In this document: one piece after another, positions 1-10,795 of the stretch
Numbering within the stretch: the first letter of the stretch is position 1
How the letters are laid out: the number at the start of each line of letters is the position of its first letter
Assembly: GCF_036321535.1 (NCBI RefSeq)
Contig: NC_087451.1
Location: 27,714,001 to 27,778,000, forward strand
Length of the DNA stretch: 64,000 nt
Origin: Camelus dromedarius
Lineage: Eukaryota
Direction: 5' to 3'
Made by a program: the position numbers and the translations under genes
Notes under the pieces: model-generated
Seen by the model: only the letters and a program-made list of their open reading frames with translations
Told to the model about the DNA's origin: nothing
Databases searched by the model: none

Positions 1-40
1 TTCCACGTCCACCTGGCCTGACGTCCCACCTTCCCTGCAG

Positions 41-2840
41 CGCGGGGGCCACGGGGGTGCTGCTGAACGTGGACCGCGTGGCCGAGCAGCTGGAGGAGCT
101 GGGCTATCCGGCCATCCAGGTGCGGGGCCTGGCCGACTCCGGCTGGTTCCTGGACAACAAGCAGTACCGCCGCACGGACTGCATCGACACCATCACCTGC
201 GCTCCCACGGAGGCCATCCGCCGGGGCATCAGGTGCCCCGCGAGGGAGGACTTGTCCCACACTCTGGGGCCCTGCCTGGCCTCGTGGCCCCCCGTGCAGA
301 GGGCCCAGGGTGGGTGCAGAGCGGGTGGCCAAGCTTGTGGAAGACGGGGGGCAGCTAACCTGCCGCGTGTGGCCCAGGTACTGGAATGGCGTGGTCCCAG
401 AGCGCTGCCGGCGCCAGTTCAAGGAGGGCGAGGAGTGGAACTGCTTCTTCGGCTACAAAGTCTACCCAACCCTGCGCTGTGAGTGGGCACGCAGCGCGGG
501 GGGCGGGGGGCAGGGACGGTGTCCAGACTTTCTCCCCCTGCTGACAACCCAGCTGGAGTCAAGCCCTAGGAGGCAGGGCCCGGAGGCCACTGCCCCACCT
601 GGGAAGGGTGACAGAGTCATCTGGGTTTGGCCAGGACTTTCCCAGTCTTGACACAAAAAGTCCACTCGGTTCGAGGCAAACCAGGGTGGTAGGTCACCCG
701 GCCACACCCACAGTTGAGAATGTGCTTTAGCCTGGATTCCATGCCCCTGCGTGGTGCCTTGGCATCCCAGCTCTACGCTTGGGGGGACGCTGTCACCACA
801 TTTTGGTCAAAGCAGAGTCCCTGGGAACCAGGCCAAGGTCGGGGTGGAACAAGACACCTCTTCAAGGAAGGGTGCTGTGGTCGGGGGTCTGGTGGCTGGC
901 ACCCTGCAGGGAGAGCCTGGCTGCCACCTCGGGACCCCAGGCCTGGGGGGGGGGTGCTCAGCAGGAGCTGGGGCCCAGCTGAGCCGTCACCCTGGCCCCA
1001 GGCCCGGTGTTCGTGGTGCAGTGGCTGTTTGATGAGGCCCAGCTGACTGTGGACAATGTGCACCTCACGGGGCAGCCGGTGCAGGAGGGCCAGTGGCTCT
1101 ACATCCAGAACCTGGGCCGTGAGCTTCGAAACACGCTCAAGGACGTGCCGTGAGTGCTGGGGATCCCCCTCAGACCCCTCTGCAGTAAACCCCTCGACTG
1201 AAAAACAGAGGCCTCCAAGATGGCAAAATAGGAAGTGGCCAAGTCGTCCCTCAGTCGGTGATGAACTGTGGCCCCCTAGATGGGAGTGGGACCCAGAGTG
1301 AGAGAGAAGTGAGCCACTGAGACATCAAAAGACACGGAGGAGATCCACGTGCATGCTGCTAAGCGGAAGAGGCCAGTCTGGGGAGGCTGCTTGTGTGATT
1401 TTAGGTCTGTGATGTCCTGATAAAAGCAAAACCCTGGACACAGTAAGAAGATCAGTGGTTTCTGGGGGCTGGGGGACGGAGGCATGAAGACGGGGGACAC
1501 AGAGGGCTTTTAGGGCCTAGAAACAGCTGGGCTGGTACCACTCTGGTGGAGACCTGTCATCACACGCTTGTCCAGACTCATGGAAGGTGCAACACCCAGA
1601 GTGAACCCTGATGTGAACTGTGGACTCTGGGGGATGGAGATGAGTCATGAGTCAGCGTAGGTTCCTTGGTTGTAACAAAGATGCCATCTGATGGAGGCTG
1701 TTGCTCATGAGGGGCTGTGTGTGTCAGGGGGCAGAGGATAAAGGGGAGCTCTCTACATCTTCGTTCCACTTTGATGTGAACCTGAAACTTCTACAAAAAC
1801 TGAAGTCGGGGGGAGGGCATAGCTCAGTGACGAAGTGAGTGCCTAGCAGGCACAGGAGGTCCTGGGTTCAATCCCCAGCATCACTTCTAAAAATAAATAA
1901 ATAAAACCTAATTGCTTCCCCCAAAAACTAACAAAAAAAACTAACATTAAAAAAATTAATATAAATAAACCTAATTACCTCCCCCAAATAGATAAATAAA
2001 TAAGTAAATATTTTTTAAAAACCTTAAATCTTTTTAAAAAAGAAGAAAAACAAAGTACTCACCTGTCCAGGAGAGCCCCCACTCCGAGCAGGATGTGGAG
2101 GCCAGCAGGGACAGGGCTGACGAGGGAGCATGAGGGCTGGCACCCTGGCAAGAGGGAGGGGGTAGCCAGGCGGAGGGCAGGGGGAACTGAGACCTGTGGG
2201 CTCTGGGGCAGGGAGCTGAGGTGGGAGATGGTTGCTCACAGGCTGTCTTCTCCTCAACAGGGCCAGCTTTGCCCCTGCCTGCCTCTCCCACGAGATCATC
2301 ACCCGGAGGTCAGTGGCCCTTGCCCTGGGACAGCTCGCATCCCTGGCTCTGCTCCAAACATGAGGCGCCCCCACCCCAGCATGCCTGCCCTCCGCCCTCC
2401 CAGGCTCTGGCTCCTTTCTGGGGCTTTCAAAGCGACTTACATACCAGCTGTGTAGCAAGGATTCTGCGGTAGCAAGGCCGTCCCCTGATTGGCCCCTCCC
2501 CAAGTGACCCCCAACCTGGGTTTCTGTCTGTAGCCACTGGACAGACGTCCAGGTTAAAGGGACCTCGCTGCCCCGGGCGCTGCACTGCTGGGACAGAAGC
2601 CTCCACGACAGCCACAAGGCCCGCAAAGTCCCCCTGCAGGGCTGCCCAGTCCACCTGGTGGACAGCTGCCCCTGGCCCCACTGCAACCCCTCCTGCCCCA
2701 CCATCCGGGACCAGGTCACGGGGCAGGAGATGAACGTGGCCCAGTTCCTCATGCACATGGGCTTCGATGTGCAGAAGGTGGCACAGCAGCAGGGCCTGGA
2801 GCCCGGGAAGCTGCTCGGGATGCTGAGCAGCGAGAGCTAG
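41..2840 (+). CDS. NOTUM: Palmitoleoyl-protein carboxylesterase NOTUM, 3' part (5' exons lie upstream of the window)
   Basis: Exons 41-232, 378-478, 1002-1149, 2261-2308, 2534-2840, all with AG/GT boundaries. Spliced frame reads (S)[36 protein letters not shown]...[10 protein letters not shown]...[14 protein letters not shown]...[12 protein letters not shown]...LLGMLSSES*. Catalytic Ser codon is split AG|C at 41; catalytic Asp (WLFDE) and His (CLSHE) are present. Confidence 0.97.
1340..1807 (+). mobile_element. Old L1 3' UTR remnant (L1MC-like) in NOTUM intron
   Basis: Resembles recalled L1MC 3' end motifs (aagatcagtggtt...gagtgaaccctgatgtgaactgtggact...gtgaacctgaaact). Boundaries approximate. 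Confidence 0.75.
1808..2010 (+). mobile_element. tRNA-derived SINE, camelid (vic-1-like), with duplicated 3' tail module
   Basis: GGGGAGGGCATAGCTCAGTG (A box), GGTTCAATCCCCAG (B box), A-rich tail with AAACCTAATT-C-TCCCCCAAA present twice (~1903 and ~1965). Confidence 0.85.
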
Positions 2841-3489
2841 TGGGCCCGCCCCCGGCCGCCCTGCCAGGCCCTCCTTCCCTCCTGGGACAGTGGCCAGGCC
2901 GTCCCCACCCCGGGTCTGGACACCCCCCACCTGCCGACAGCCTGCACTGCCTCCCCCTGCCTTCGGGGAAGGTGGGCCTGCAGTCAGCCCCTCTGCGGCC
3001 CTGGGACGCCTCCCCCGGCTCCCCCTCCCCGCCACCGCCTCCCCCCACCTTGGGGAGCCAGAAGCACCAGATCCCTCAGCCCCTGGCCCAGGAGCCACCT
3101 CCCAGCCAGCCCCCACCCTCTCCCACCCTTTTGTATTATTTTATAAAGTGACTTTTTTATTACTTTAATTTTTTTTAAAAGGAAAATTAGCAAGAAATAT
3201 ATGGTGAATGATACTGTTTTGTAACATATTTTTTTTAAATAATGAAAAAAAGGATAACAAAAGAGACTCGCCCTGTAGATGTGTTTATTTGAGGGGACAC
3301 TCTGCCCACTTCTCACACCCCTCGCCCAACCCTGACTCCCCCCCCAACCCAAGGGCAGCAGGGAGACTGGGGGTGACTTTGGAGCCTCCTGACCTCTGAC
3401 CCCTGCTCCTTCTGTTCATCCATTTCCACAATCAGAGGTCACAGGCCTGCATCAGGCAGCCCCTGGGAGCGATAAGCTCCCTGTCTTCT

Positions 3490-3660
3490 TTATTTTGCTC
3501 TTGGGTGACAGTCACAACCATTTCTAAGTGCACGACTCACCATTTCCATGTCCACGACGTCGTGTCTCCACCAGCAACCTCCAGTTTCAAAACTTTGCCA
3601 CAAACGCTCCCTACCCAGCCAACACTTTCTTAGAAGTTTGAACTCTGTTACTCCCCTCGG
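3490..3660 (-). mobile_element. Degenerate L1 3' fragment (L1MB-like)
   Basis: Weak resemblance to the reverse complement of an L1M 3' UTR (accatttctaagtgcacgactca...ccagtttcaaaacttt). Confidence 0.4.
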
Positions 3661-3782
3661 TCACACGTGCACAGGGTCCAGAATCTGAAAGGTGCAAAGA
3701 GTGGAAGGGTGAACATTCTCCCTCCAGTCCGGCCCCCAGGTCTGCATCTGTGGCCAGTTCTAGAGGATCCCGGCCTCCCCGT

Positions 3783-3784
<2 letters not shown>

Positions 3785-3820
<36 letters not shown>
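3785..3820. repeat. (AC)18 microsatellite
   Basis: Perfect AC dinucleotide run read directly. Confidence 0.98.
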
Positions 3821-3822
<2 letters not shown>

Positions 3823-5199
3823 CTGCATGCCTGGTTTCCACCTCACCCTGCATCCTGGGGCCACAGAGAGCTGCAGGCAGGTGGCACCTTCCGGGTCAGC
3901 AACGGGCGTCACGCTTCACCCTCTTTGGGATGCTGTGTGGCGGGCCCGAGTCGCCATCACTGCACGCGGGCCAGCGTATCCGTTGGGTGCAGGTCAAAGA
4001 CACCCCTGCGGTTTGGGCGACACACTGACGGGCCCTCCCTGGAGGTGGCTTGGCCAACGGGCACGGTGCCCTGGGTGCTCCTCTCCCTGCATTTGGGGCC
4101 CCACGTGCATTGGTGCACGATTCCTTCCTGTCACCCTGCAAGTAGGTCTTGTGATAAACTCAGATGATAGGTAAAGAAGCTGAGGCCCAGAGAGGTTCTG
4201 TGAAGTGTTGAGAGGGACAGAGGAAGGAGTCAGCAGGTCAGCCTGGGCCCCGCTCCCAGCCTCTGAACCACCCCCACCCCCAGCTGCCGCCTCTGCAGCT
4301 CTGTTCCAGAGTGGGGAGAATTGCCAGACACCCGGCCGTCCTCTCTCCCCCACCAGACCGGGGATATGCCCTGCGGGTGCTCAGCTCCAACTCAGGCCCA
4401 CTCAGCACCAGCATCGGCTTCTCCGGGGGGAACCAAGTGACCCATTCATGGTCTCCTCCATGGACCACTCACTTCTCCACAGTCTCCAGGGGGAACCCAC
4501 GGAGTCTCCAAGGCCAAGGGAGATGGTGAGGTCAGGGATGGAGCGGCCAAACGCTGGAGATGAAAGAAGAGTTCCCCAGTGCGGCTGCTGGTTTTCGAGA
4601 GCAGCCCCTCCTCGGCCTCCCAGGAGGACCATGAACAGGAATCTCCGTGCAACCCACCGGCCATGGGTTCCCAGCGGGAGGAGAGGCTGGAGGACTTGAA
4701 AGGGGCCTGGCTGTCACCAGTCTGGGGAGGCTTTGCTCGGAGGGAGCAGCCGTGCTGCGGTCGGAGCTGGGCTGGGGGCCCCGGAGGCACTGGCTGGACA
4801 GCAGTTGTTGTCTGTTGTCAGCAGGCAGGGACATCACACACACAGAGGTCCTCACTCCGTCCGAGGCCAATGAAAAGGATCAGAGGGCGGCTTTGTGTGT
4901 CTCGGGCGTGCCAGGCACACAGAACACGACACTTGTGGGTCTGGCCCGATGGGATTCCACCCAGTGAATAAACCCTTCCTCCCATGTTCCTGACAAAGAA
5001 GAAAAGAGGCTCAGCCTACTTCCGGCCTCTGTGTTTTCCCCGGGGGACCAGCGGCAAAAGGAGCCCAGGGCCCACGAGTACAGTGGGGACCAGCCAACCT
5101 GCAGGGCTCGGCGCGGCCATCGAGGGGACACACTGAGCTCTCCTCGCCCATGACCCGGCTTTTCTGGCAATGCTGCTGCTGTACGAGTTCCGCATTGTG

Positions 5200-5720
5200 T
5201 GATTCCTGTAGTGGCAACAACACTCCGGACAGGGGCAACCAAGATGTCTTTCAGTAGATGAGTGGGTAAATAAACTGCAGACAACAGTTACTCAGCGTTA
5301 GAAAGAAATGAGCTGCCAATCTGTGAGAAGACGTGAGGAACTTTAAATCTATGTGACTAAGGGAAGGAAGTCAATCTGAAAAGGCTACACTTTGTGTGAG
5401 CCCAACTCTGTGACATCCTGAAAAAGGTGAACCTATGGACACAGTGACAAGAGGAGTGGTTGCCTGGGGTAGGGGTGGGGAGGGAGGCATGAAGACGGGG
5501 AGCACAGAGGGCTTCTAGGGCCGAGAAACAGCTCTGCGTGGTACCGCACTGGCAGAGACCTGTCGTCACATGTTTGTCCAGACTCACGGAAGGTACAACC
5601 CTCAGAGTGAATCCTGATGTAAACTGCGGACTCTGGGGATGGAGATGAGTCAGCGTAGGTCCACTGATGGTAAAAAATGCATCACTCTGGTAGGGCTGTT
5701 GATAAGGGGGAGGCTGTGCC
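5200..5720 (+). mobile_element. Old L1 3' UTR remnant (L1MC-like)
   Basis: caaccaagatgtctttcagtagatgagtgggtaaataaact...tctgaaaaggctac...gagtgaatcctgatgtaaactg matches recalled L1MC 3' UTR. Confidence 0.8.
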
Positions 5721-6354
5721 TAGTTAAGGGCAGGGAGCCGGGACGGCAAAGTGAAGAAAGGTGACTGCTGGGGATTTGTTCTCAGATTCTGAAGGCGCCT
5801 TTCAGAGAAGGAGCTGAGAGTAACTGGGAAAAGGGGAACGGGTGGGACCCAGGCCCGGGGTCCTCCCCTCACCCTCTCCTGCATCTTCCGGCTGCATTTC
5901 AGGGGAAGACATGGCCTGGCCCACCCAGTGGAGCTGGAAGAGCTTTCCCCAGGGGTTCGTGGCACTTGGGTCAGGAAATCTGGTCCCAGGAGAGGCTCTG
6001 AGGACCCTGGTCTGGGCGTGGCTCCCTGGAGAGTTCCAGACATGCCCCTTCTGGGGATGGGTGGCTGCCGGGACCAGGCAGCTCAGGTTAAGCAGCTTGT
6101 TTCCTTGTGTGAAGAGGACAGGAAGGAGCCCCGAGGGCATGCACCTCCCTTCCCAGGGAGCTCCAGCAGCTGGTGCTGAGTCTGGCATGGCTGACACCCA
6201 AGATTCCTCCCACACCACATCTCCCGCGTGGTCTTCCTGCCGAGGGTGTTTAGCCAGGATCCAACCACGAGGAAACAAAGTACACATCGAAAGAACCTGC
6301 AAGGCTGCTTGCTGGGCTCTTCAAAGCAACAGTGTTGTGAAATAGAGAAGTGGA

Positions 6355-6480
6355 GGGGGAGGGCGCAGCTCAGGGGCAGAGCATGTGCTCAGCAGGAAAG
6401 AGGTCCTCGGTTCCATCCCCGGGCACCTCCGTTAAAATAAACAAATAAACCTGATTACCTGCCCCCCAAATAAAAACAAA
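6355..6480 (+). mobile_element. tRNA-derived camelid SINE
   Basis: GGGGGAGGGCGCAGCTCAGGGGCAGAGC...GGTTCCATCCCC...AAATAAACCTGATTACCTGCCCCCCAAA; same family as the copy at 1808. Confidence 0.85.
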
Positions 6481-6514
6481 CCAAAAAATGTGCAAAGACA
6501 GAAAGAAAGAAAAG

Positions 6515-6679
6515 GTTCTTCTGTACAGCACAGGGAGCTATATTCAATATCTTGTAATAACCTTTAATGAAAAACAATATGAAAATGAATAAATGCATGT
6601 ACATGCACGACTGGGACACTGTGCTGTACACCAGAAATTGACACATTGTAACTGACTACATTTCAATTAAAAAAAAAAA
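6515..6679 (+). mobile_element. 5'-truncated younger L1 3' end with poly(A)
   Basis: cagcacagggagctatattcaatatcttgtaataacc...gctgtacaccagaaattgacacattgtaactgactacatttcaatt followed by an A-run; typical laurasiatherian L1 terminus. Confidence 0.85.
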
Positions 6680-7219
6680 GACTGCATGCAATCATGGAGC
6701 AGAGGAGGGACTTTCTCAAAGGAAAATAAAGGTATTTTTAGCAAAAAAAAAAAAAAAAAGGAAAGAAAAGAAAAGAAATAGTGGAGACCATTCCAGAACA
6801 AAGGGAACAGACACACACAACAGCCAGATGCATGATTCCAATCAGATCCCGGAGCAAAAATTCAAAGAGCTATAAAGTGTATTTTGGGGACAGGTCGGGG
6901 TACCTGAAGACAGACTGTGTTCTAGGTGATCATGCTTCAGTTCCCCAAATGCCATCGCCATGTTCAGGTTCCGTAGGGGAACTGCCTTCTTCTCAGGAGG
7001 TGTCCGTGGAAGTATCTAGGGGAAAATTATTGTATCTCTAGAATTAATTAATGTTATTATTTGTTATGAATTATCACTGGAGAGAGGGATAGTCAGACCA
7101 CAAACAGGGCAAAATATTAATAATTCTCGAATCTGGGAGAAAGAGGTGTGAATTTTCATTGCACTATTCTGCAACTCTTCTGTAAACCTGACATTTTTCT
7201 AAATGAAAAGTTGGGGAAA

Positions 7220-7930
7220 TATACATAAGGATGTGCATACAGTCGTCCCTTGGTGTCAGAGGGGGACTGGTTCCCAGACCCCCCAGGATAACAAAATCCA
7301 CCAACGCTCAAGCCCCTTGTACAAAATGGCGTAGTATTTGCATATAACTTATACAAATCCTCCTGTAGACTTTATTTTTCAATTTTATCGTTTATTTTTT
7401 TCAATTTTTATCTTTCTTTTTTTTAATCTTTTATTTTTATGGCCTCATAGCTTTCCCTACTCTTCAATATTTTTTGAAGATTTTGAGAAAGATAGAATGT
7501 TTGGTAGAATACACATATGAAGCCATCTGGTCCTGGACTTCTATTTTGGGGGAGGTTTTTAATTAATGTTTCAATCTCTATTAGTGATCAGTCTGTTAAG
7601 GTTTTCTAGTTTCTCCATGGTGCAGTCTTGGAAGACAGCATGACTCTAAGAACTTACCCATTTCTTCCGGGCTGCCCAGTTGATTGGCGGGTAGCTCATC
7701 GTAGCAGTCTCTCTGTTTCCCTGTGGTTTTCACGTTCCCGGAGACTTTAAGTCATTTCTGGATGACTTGTGATGCCTGATGCAAAGTCAATGCTATGTGA
7801 ATGGTTGCTGGCTCAGGGCAAATTCAAGGTTTGCTTTTCGGGACTTTCTGGAGTTTTTCTCCCCCGAATGTTTTAAATCTGCGGTTGACTGAACCCCCCA
7901 ATAGAGAACCTGTGCATGTGGAGGGCCAAC
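7220..7930 (+). mobile_element. MER2/Tigger-type DNA transposon MITE interrupted by an L1 fragment (7375-7741, minus strand)
   Basis: Begins CAGTCGTCCCT, contains aaaatggcgtagtatttgcatataac, resumes at 7742 and ends gagggccaacag. AGACTTTA is repeated on both sides of the insert. Confidence 0.75.
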
Positions 7931-8674
7931 AGCATACACGAGATGTTCATCCCGGTTGAGCCAAGAGACAGAATTACAGGCAGATTAATTACAGGCCGTT
8001 TTCCTCTACCTGTTCCTGTCCTGACTGGGCCTGAACAGGTTCTACTCTTATAGTCAAAAACACGTAATCTTCAAAGATATTTCCTATATTTTAAATATTT
8101 TTGCCTAAAAAATGGGAAGGTTGAGTTTTTTCCTAAGTGTTTACATGTTTAGGAGGGACGAGCAAAGAGCTCCATTGTGCCCCCCTCAAATGGTAACTAG
8201 AACTCCACCTCCCAGGTCAGGCTGGGGCTGTGCAGAATGAGGGCGGGCACCCTTGGGAGTGGGGCACGGGGTCTCCACTCCCCTTCCCCACCACCTCCCA
8301 GGAATCACAGCTGACAAGACGGTGGGGTCCTGAAACCACCCCAGCTCCTAACCAAGCCCTCTTGGAGGAAGGACACCAGGGGAATACCCGCCCAGCCCTC
8401 CCAGAGCAACCCCCAACCGCCACTGCGCCCCTCCCCCACTCCAACACAGGCTGCCCCTGGAGGCGGCCCCTTTCTGCCTTTCTCCCTTCCCCTCTCCCAC
8501 TGACAGTGGAGCGACTAACCGACAGACGCAGGTGCTTCGGAGGTGGGGGCGGTGCCAGCAGCCAAGGGGTTAATGGTTTGGGCAGGGGCTGGGCGTGGGA
8601 CGCAAGGGTCAGATGTTCCTCTGGGATGGGGACCGGCGTGCAGGCTGCTATTCCAGAGCTCTGATCACAGTCAC

Positions 8675-8684
8675 CTATTTATAG
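8675..8684 (+). promoter_or_regulatory. MEF2 site overlapping a TATA-like element upstream of MYADML2
   Basis: CTATTTATAG fits YTA(W)4TAR exactly, 180 bp before the ATG. Confidence 0.5.
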
Positions 8685-8854
8685 CGCTGGGGGGCCCTCC
8701 CCACACGGGCGGCAGAGAGGCGGCTCTGCTGCAATGTCACCCCGCGTCACCGCCACTGCGGGCTGCCGGCACCTGCCGCTGCCGCAGGAGACACAGGGAA
8801 GAGACCCCGGGGCCACCAGGCGCTGTGTGGGGCGGCGGGGACGCGGCCGTCCAC

Positions 8855-9778
8855 ATGGGCAGCACCATGGAGCCCCCCGGGGGCGGCTACCTGCACCTGG
8901 GCGCTGTGACGTCCCCGGTGGGCACTGCCCGCGCGCTGCAGCTGGCCTTCGGCTGCACCACCTTCAGCCTGGTGGCCCACCGGGGCGGCTTCGCGGGCGT
9001 CCAGGGCACCTTCTGTATGGCCGCCTGGGGCTTCTGCTTCGCACTCTCGGTCCTGGTGGTGGCCTGTGAGCTCACCCGGCTGCACAGCTGCCTGCGCCTG
9101 TCCTGGGGAAACTTCACGGCAGCCTTCGCCATGCTGGCCACGCTGCTGTCTGCCACGGCCGCCGTCATCTACCCGCTCTACTTTACGCGGCTGGAGTGCC
9201 CACCCGAGCCCGAGGGCTGCACCGCCAGGGACTTCCGCCTGGCAGCCAGCGTCTTCGCGGGGCTCCTCTTCTTGGCTTACGCCACAGAGGTGGCCCTGAC
9301 CCGAGCCCGGCCAGGCCAGGTGGCCAGCTACATGGCCACCGTGTCGGGGCTCCTCAAGATCGTCCAGGCCTTCGTAGCCTGCATCATATTCGGCGCACTG
9401 GTCCACGACAGCCGCTACGGGCGCTACATGGCCACCCAGTGGTGTGTGGCCGTCTACAGCCTGTGCTTCCTGGCCACGGTGGCCGTGGTGGCCCTCAGCG
9501 TGATGGGACACACAGGGAACCTGGGCTGCCCCTTCGACCGCGTGGTGGTGATGTACACCTTCCTGGCCGTGCTCCTCTACCTCAGCGCTGCGGTCATCTG
9601 GCCTGTCTTCTGTTTCGACCCCAAGTACGGGGAGCCCAGGAGGCCCCCCGACTGCCCGACGGGCAGCTGTCCCTGGGACAGCCAGCTGGTGGTGGCCACC
9701 TTCACCTACGTCAACCTGCTCCTCTACGTCGCCGACCTGGCCTACTCCCAGAGGATCCGCTTTGTGCCCACCTTGTAG
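8855..9778 (+). CDS. MYADML2: Myeloid-associated differentiation marker-like 2 (two MARVEL domains), 307 aa, intronless CDS
   Basis: ATG at 8855; MGSTMEPPGGGYLHLGAVTSPVGTARALQLAFGC...DLAYSQRIRFVPTL*. About 8 hydrophobic segments; length and sequence match recalled human MYADML2. Confidence 0.96.
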   Translation: MGSTMEPPGGGYLHLGAVTSPVGTARALQLAFGCTTFSLVAHRGGFAGVQGTFCMAAWGFCFALSVLVVACELTRLHSCLRLSWGNFTAAFAMLATLLSATAAVIYPLYFTRLECPPEPEGCTARDFRLAASVFAGLLFLAYATEVALTRARPGQVASYMATVSGLLKIVQAFVACIIFGALVHDSRYGRYMATQWCVAVYSLCFLATVAVVALSVMGHTGNLGCPFDRVVVMYTFLAVLLYLSAAVIWPVFCFDPKYGEPRRPPDCPTGSCPWDSQLVVATFTYVNLLLYVADLAYSQRIRFVPTL

Positions 9779-10789
9779 CTGGACAGGCAGCGACCCACCC
9801 ACCTCTGCTTTCAGAGGTCACGAAGGGACCCAGGTGAACCCAGACCCCCAAGGATGAGCAGAGGGAGGTAGCCAGGAGAGCCGGGCCTGGAATTCTGGTG
9901 GCCCCAGCAGCTGCGCTCGGGGTGGGGCGGAGGGGGCCAGAGCGGCAGGAGAGGCTTCTGCCAGGCGGCTCCCACCCCTCTCCCCACTCCCTCTCTGTCT
10001 CTGTCTCCGTCGCTCTCCCTTTGCTGGCACTCCCTGTCTTAGTGCTGGGCAGTGTAACACATGAAAAGCCTTTGAAGCAGCTGCTGTTATGACCTGCTTT
10101 GCAGATGGGGACCCCGAGGCTGGGATTAAGGAGTCCGCCCTAACTGTCCACCAGGGTCTGGAGCCCACGTTCGGGCTGAGTGACCTAAGCAGAGTTGAAA
10201 AGGGGACAGTTCCCAGAGGTGTGGGAAGGAGTTGGAAGGGAGCCCAGGAGGGGGCCAGAGCTGGGCCAGCGCAGGGGCGTGGGGCAGTGCCCGGAACCCT
10301 GGAAGGACAGCTGCCCAAAGAGGGCCCTACTGGGGCATCCGGGCCGGCCCCAGGAGAAGGAGCTGGGAATCAGGACTCATGGCTCGCCAGCCTCCTCCTC
10401 ATCACAGTCTCTTGAAGCCAAGCAAGGATGCTGGAGCCGACGCCCGGGGCTTCCCGTCGTCTACCCACCCCCCATGCAGCAGCTTCTGCAGTGCCCACCG
10501 TGAGTCCCGAGGGACTGGCCTGGGGCAGCCCTGACCCAGAGGAGAGCCAACCTGGGGCAGCCACTGGGACACAGAGTCTGGGCACCAGACACCTCACTGG
10601 TGCTCACAGGCCCACGACCTCCACTCAAATGTTCATTTGCCTGACCACTGACAGCCAGAGCCCGCTGGGGCCCTTGTCCCCCACACTGCAGCCAGCTTCT
10701 CCCACTCAAAGGCCCAGACTGGGCCAGTCCACCGGCCAACCAAGCACAGCAGTCACTTGACCTCGTTTGGCCCACAGCCTTGAGCAGGA

Positions 10790-10795
10790 AATAAA
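10790..10795 (+). terminator. Probable MYADML2 poly(A) signal
   Basis: AATAAA about 1 kb after the stop codon. Confidence 0.65.

Noticed and set aside
1808-1880. tRNA gene calls for the four tRNA-like elements
   Set aside because: A and B boxes are present, but there is no proper cloverleaf and they carry A-rich retroposon tails; these are SINEs.
2841-3270. NOTUM poly(A) signal
   Set aside because: No canonical AATAAA/ATTAAA seen in the AU-rich 3' UTR, so no terminator is called.
3900-4531. Distal non-coding first exon of MYADML2 (donor ATG|GTGAGG at 4525/4526)
   Set aside because: A plausible donor, but nothing in the sequence fixes a TSS or links it to MYADML2.
8543-8854. 104-aa N-terminal extension of MYADML2 in the ORF track
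   Set aside because: Starts at GTG, has no ATG before 8855 in this frame and crosses promoter-like sequence; the 307-aa form matches orthologs.
8747-9802. 351-aa antisense ORF over MYADML2
   Set aside because: Shadow frame of a GC-rich CDS; no recognisable domain and coextensive with the real gene.
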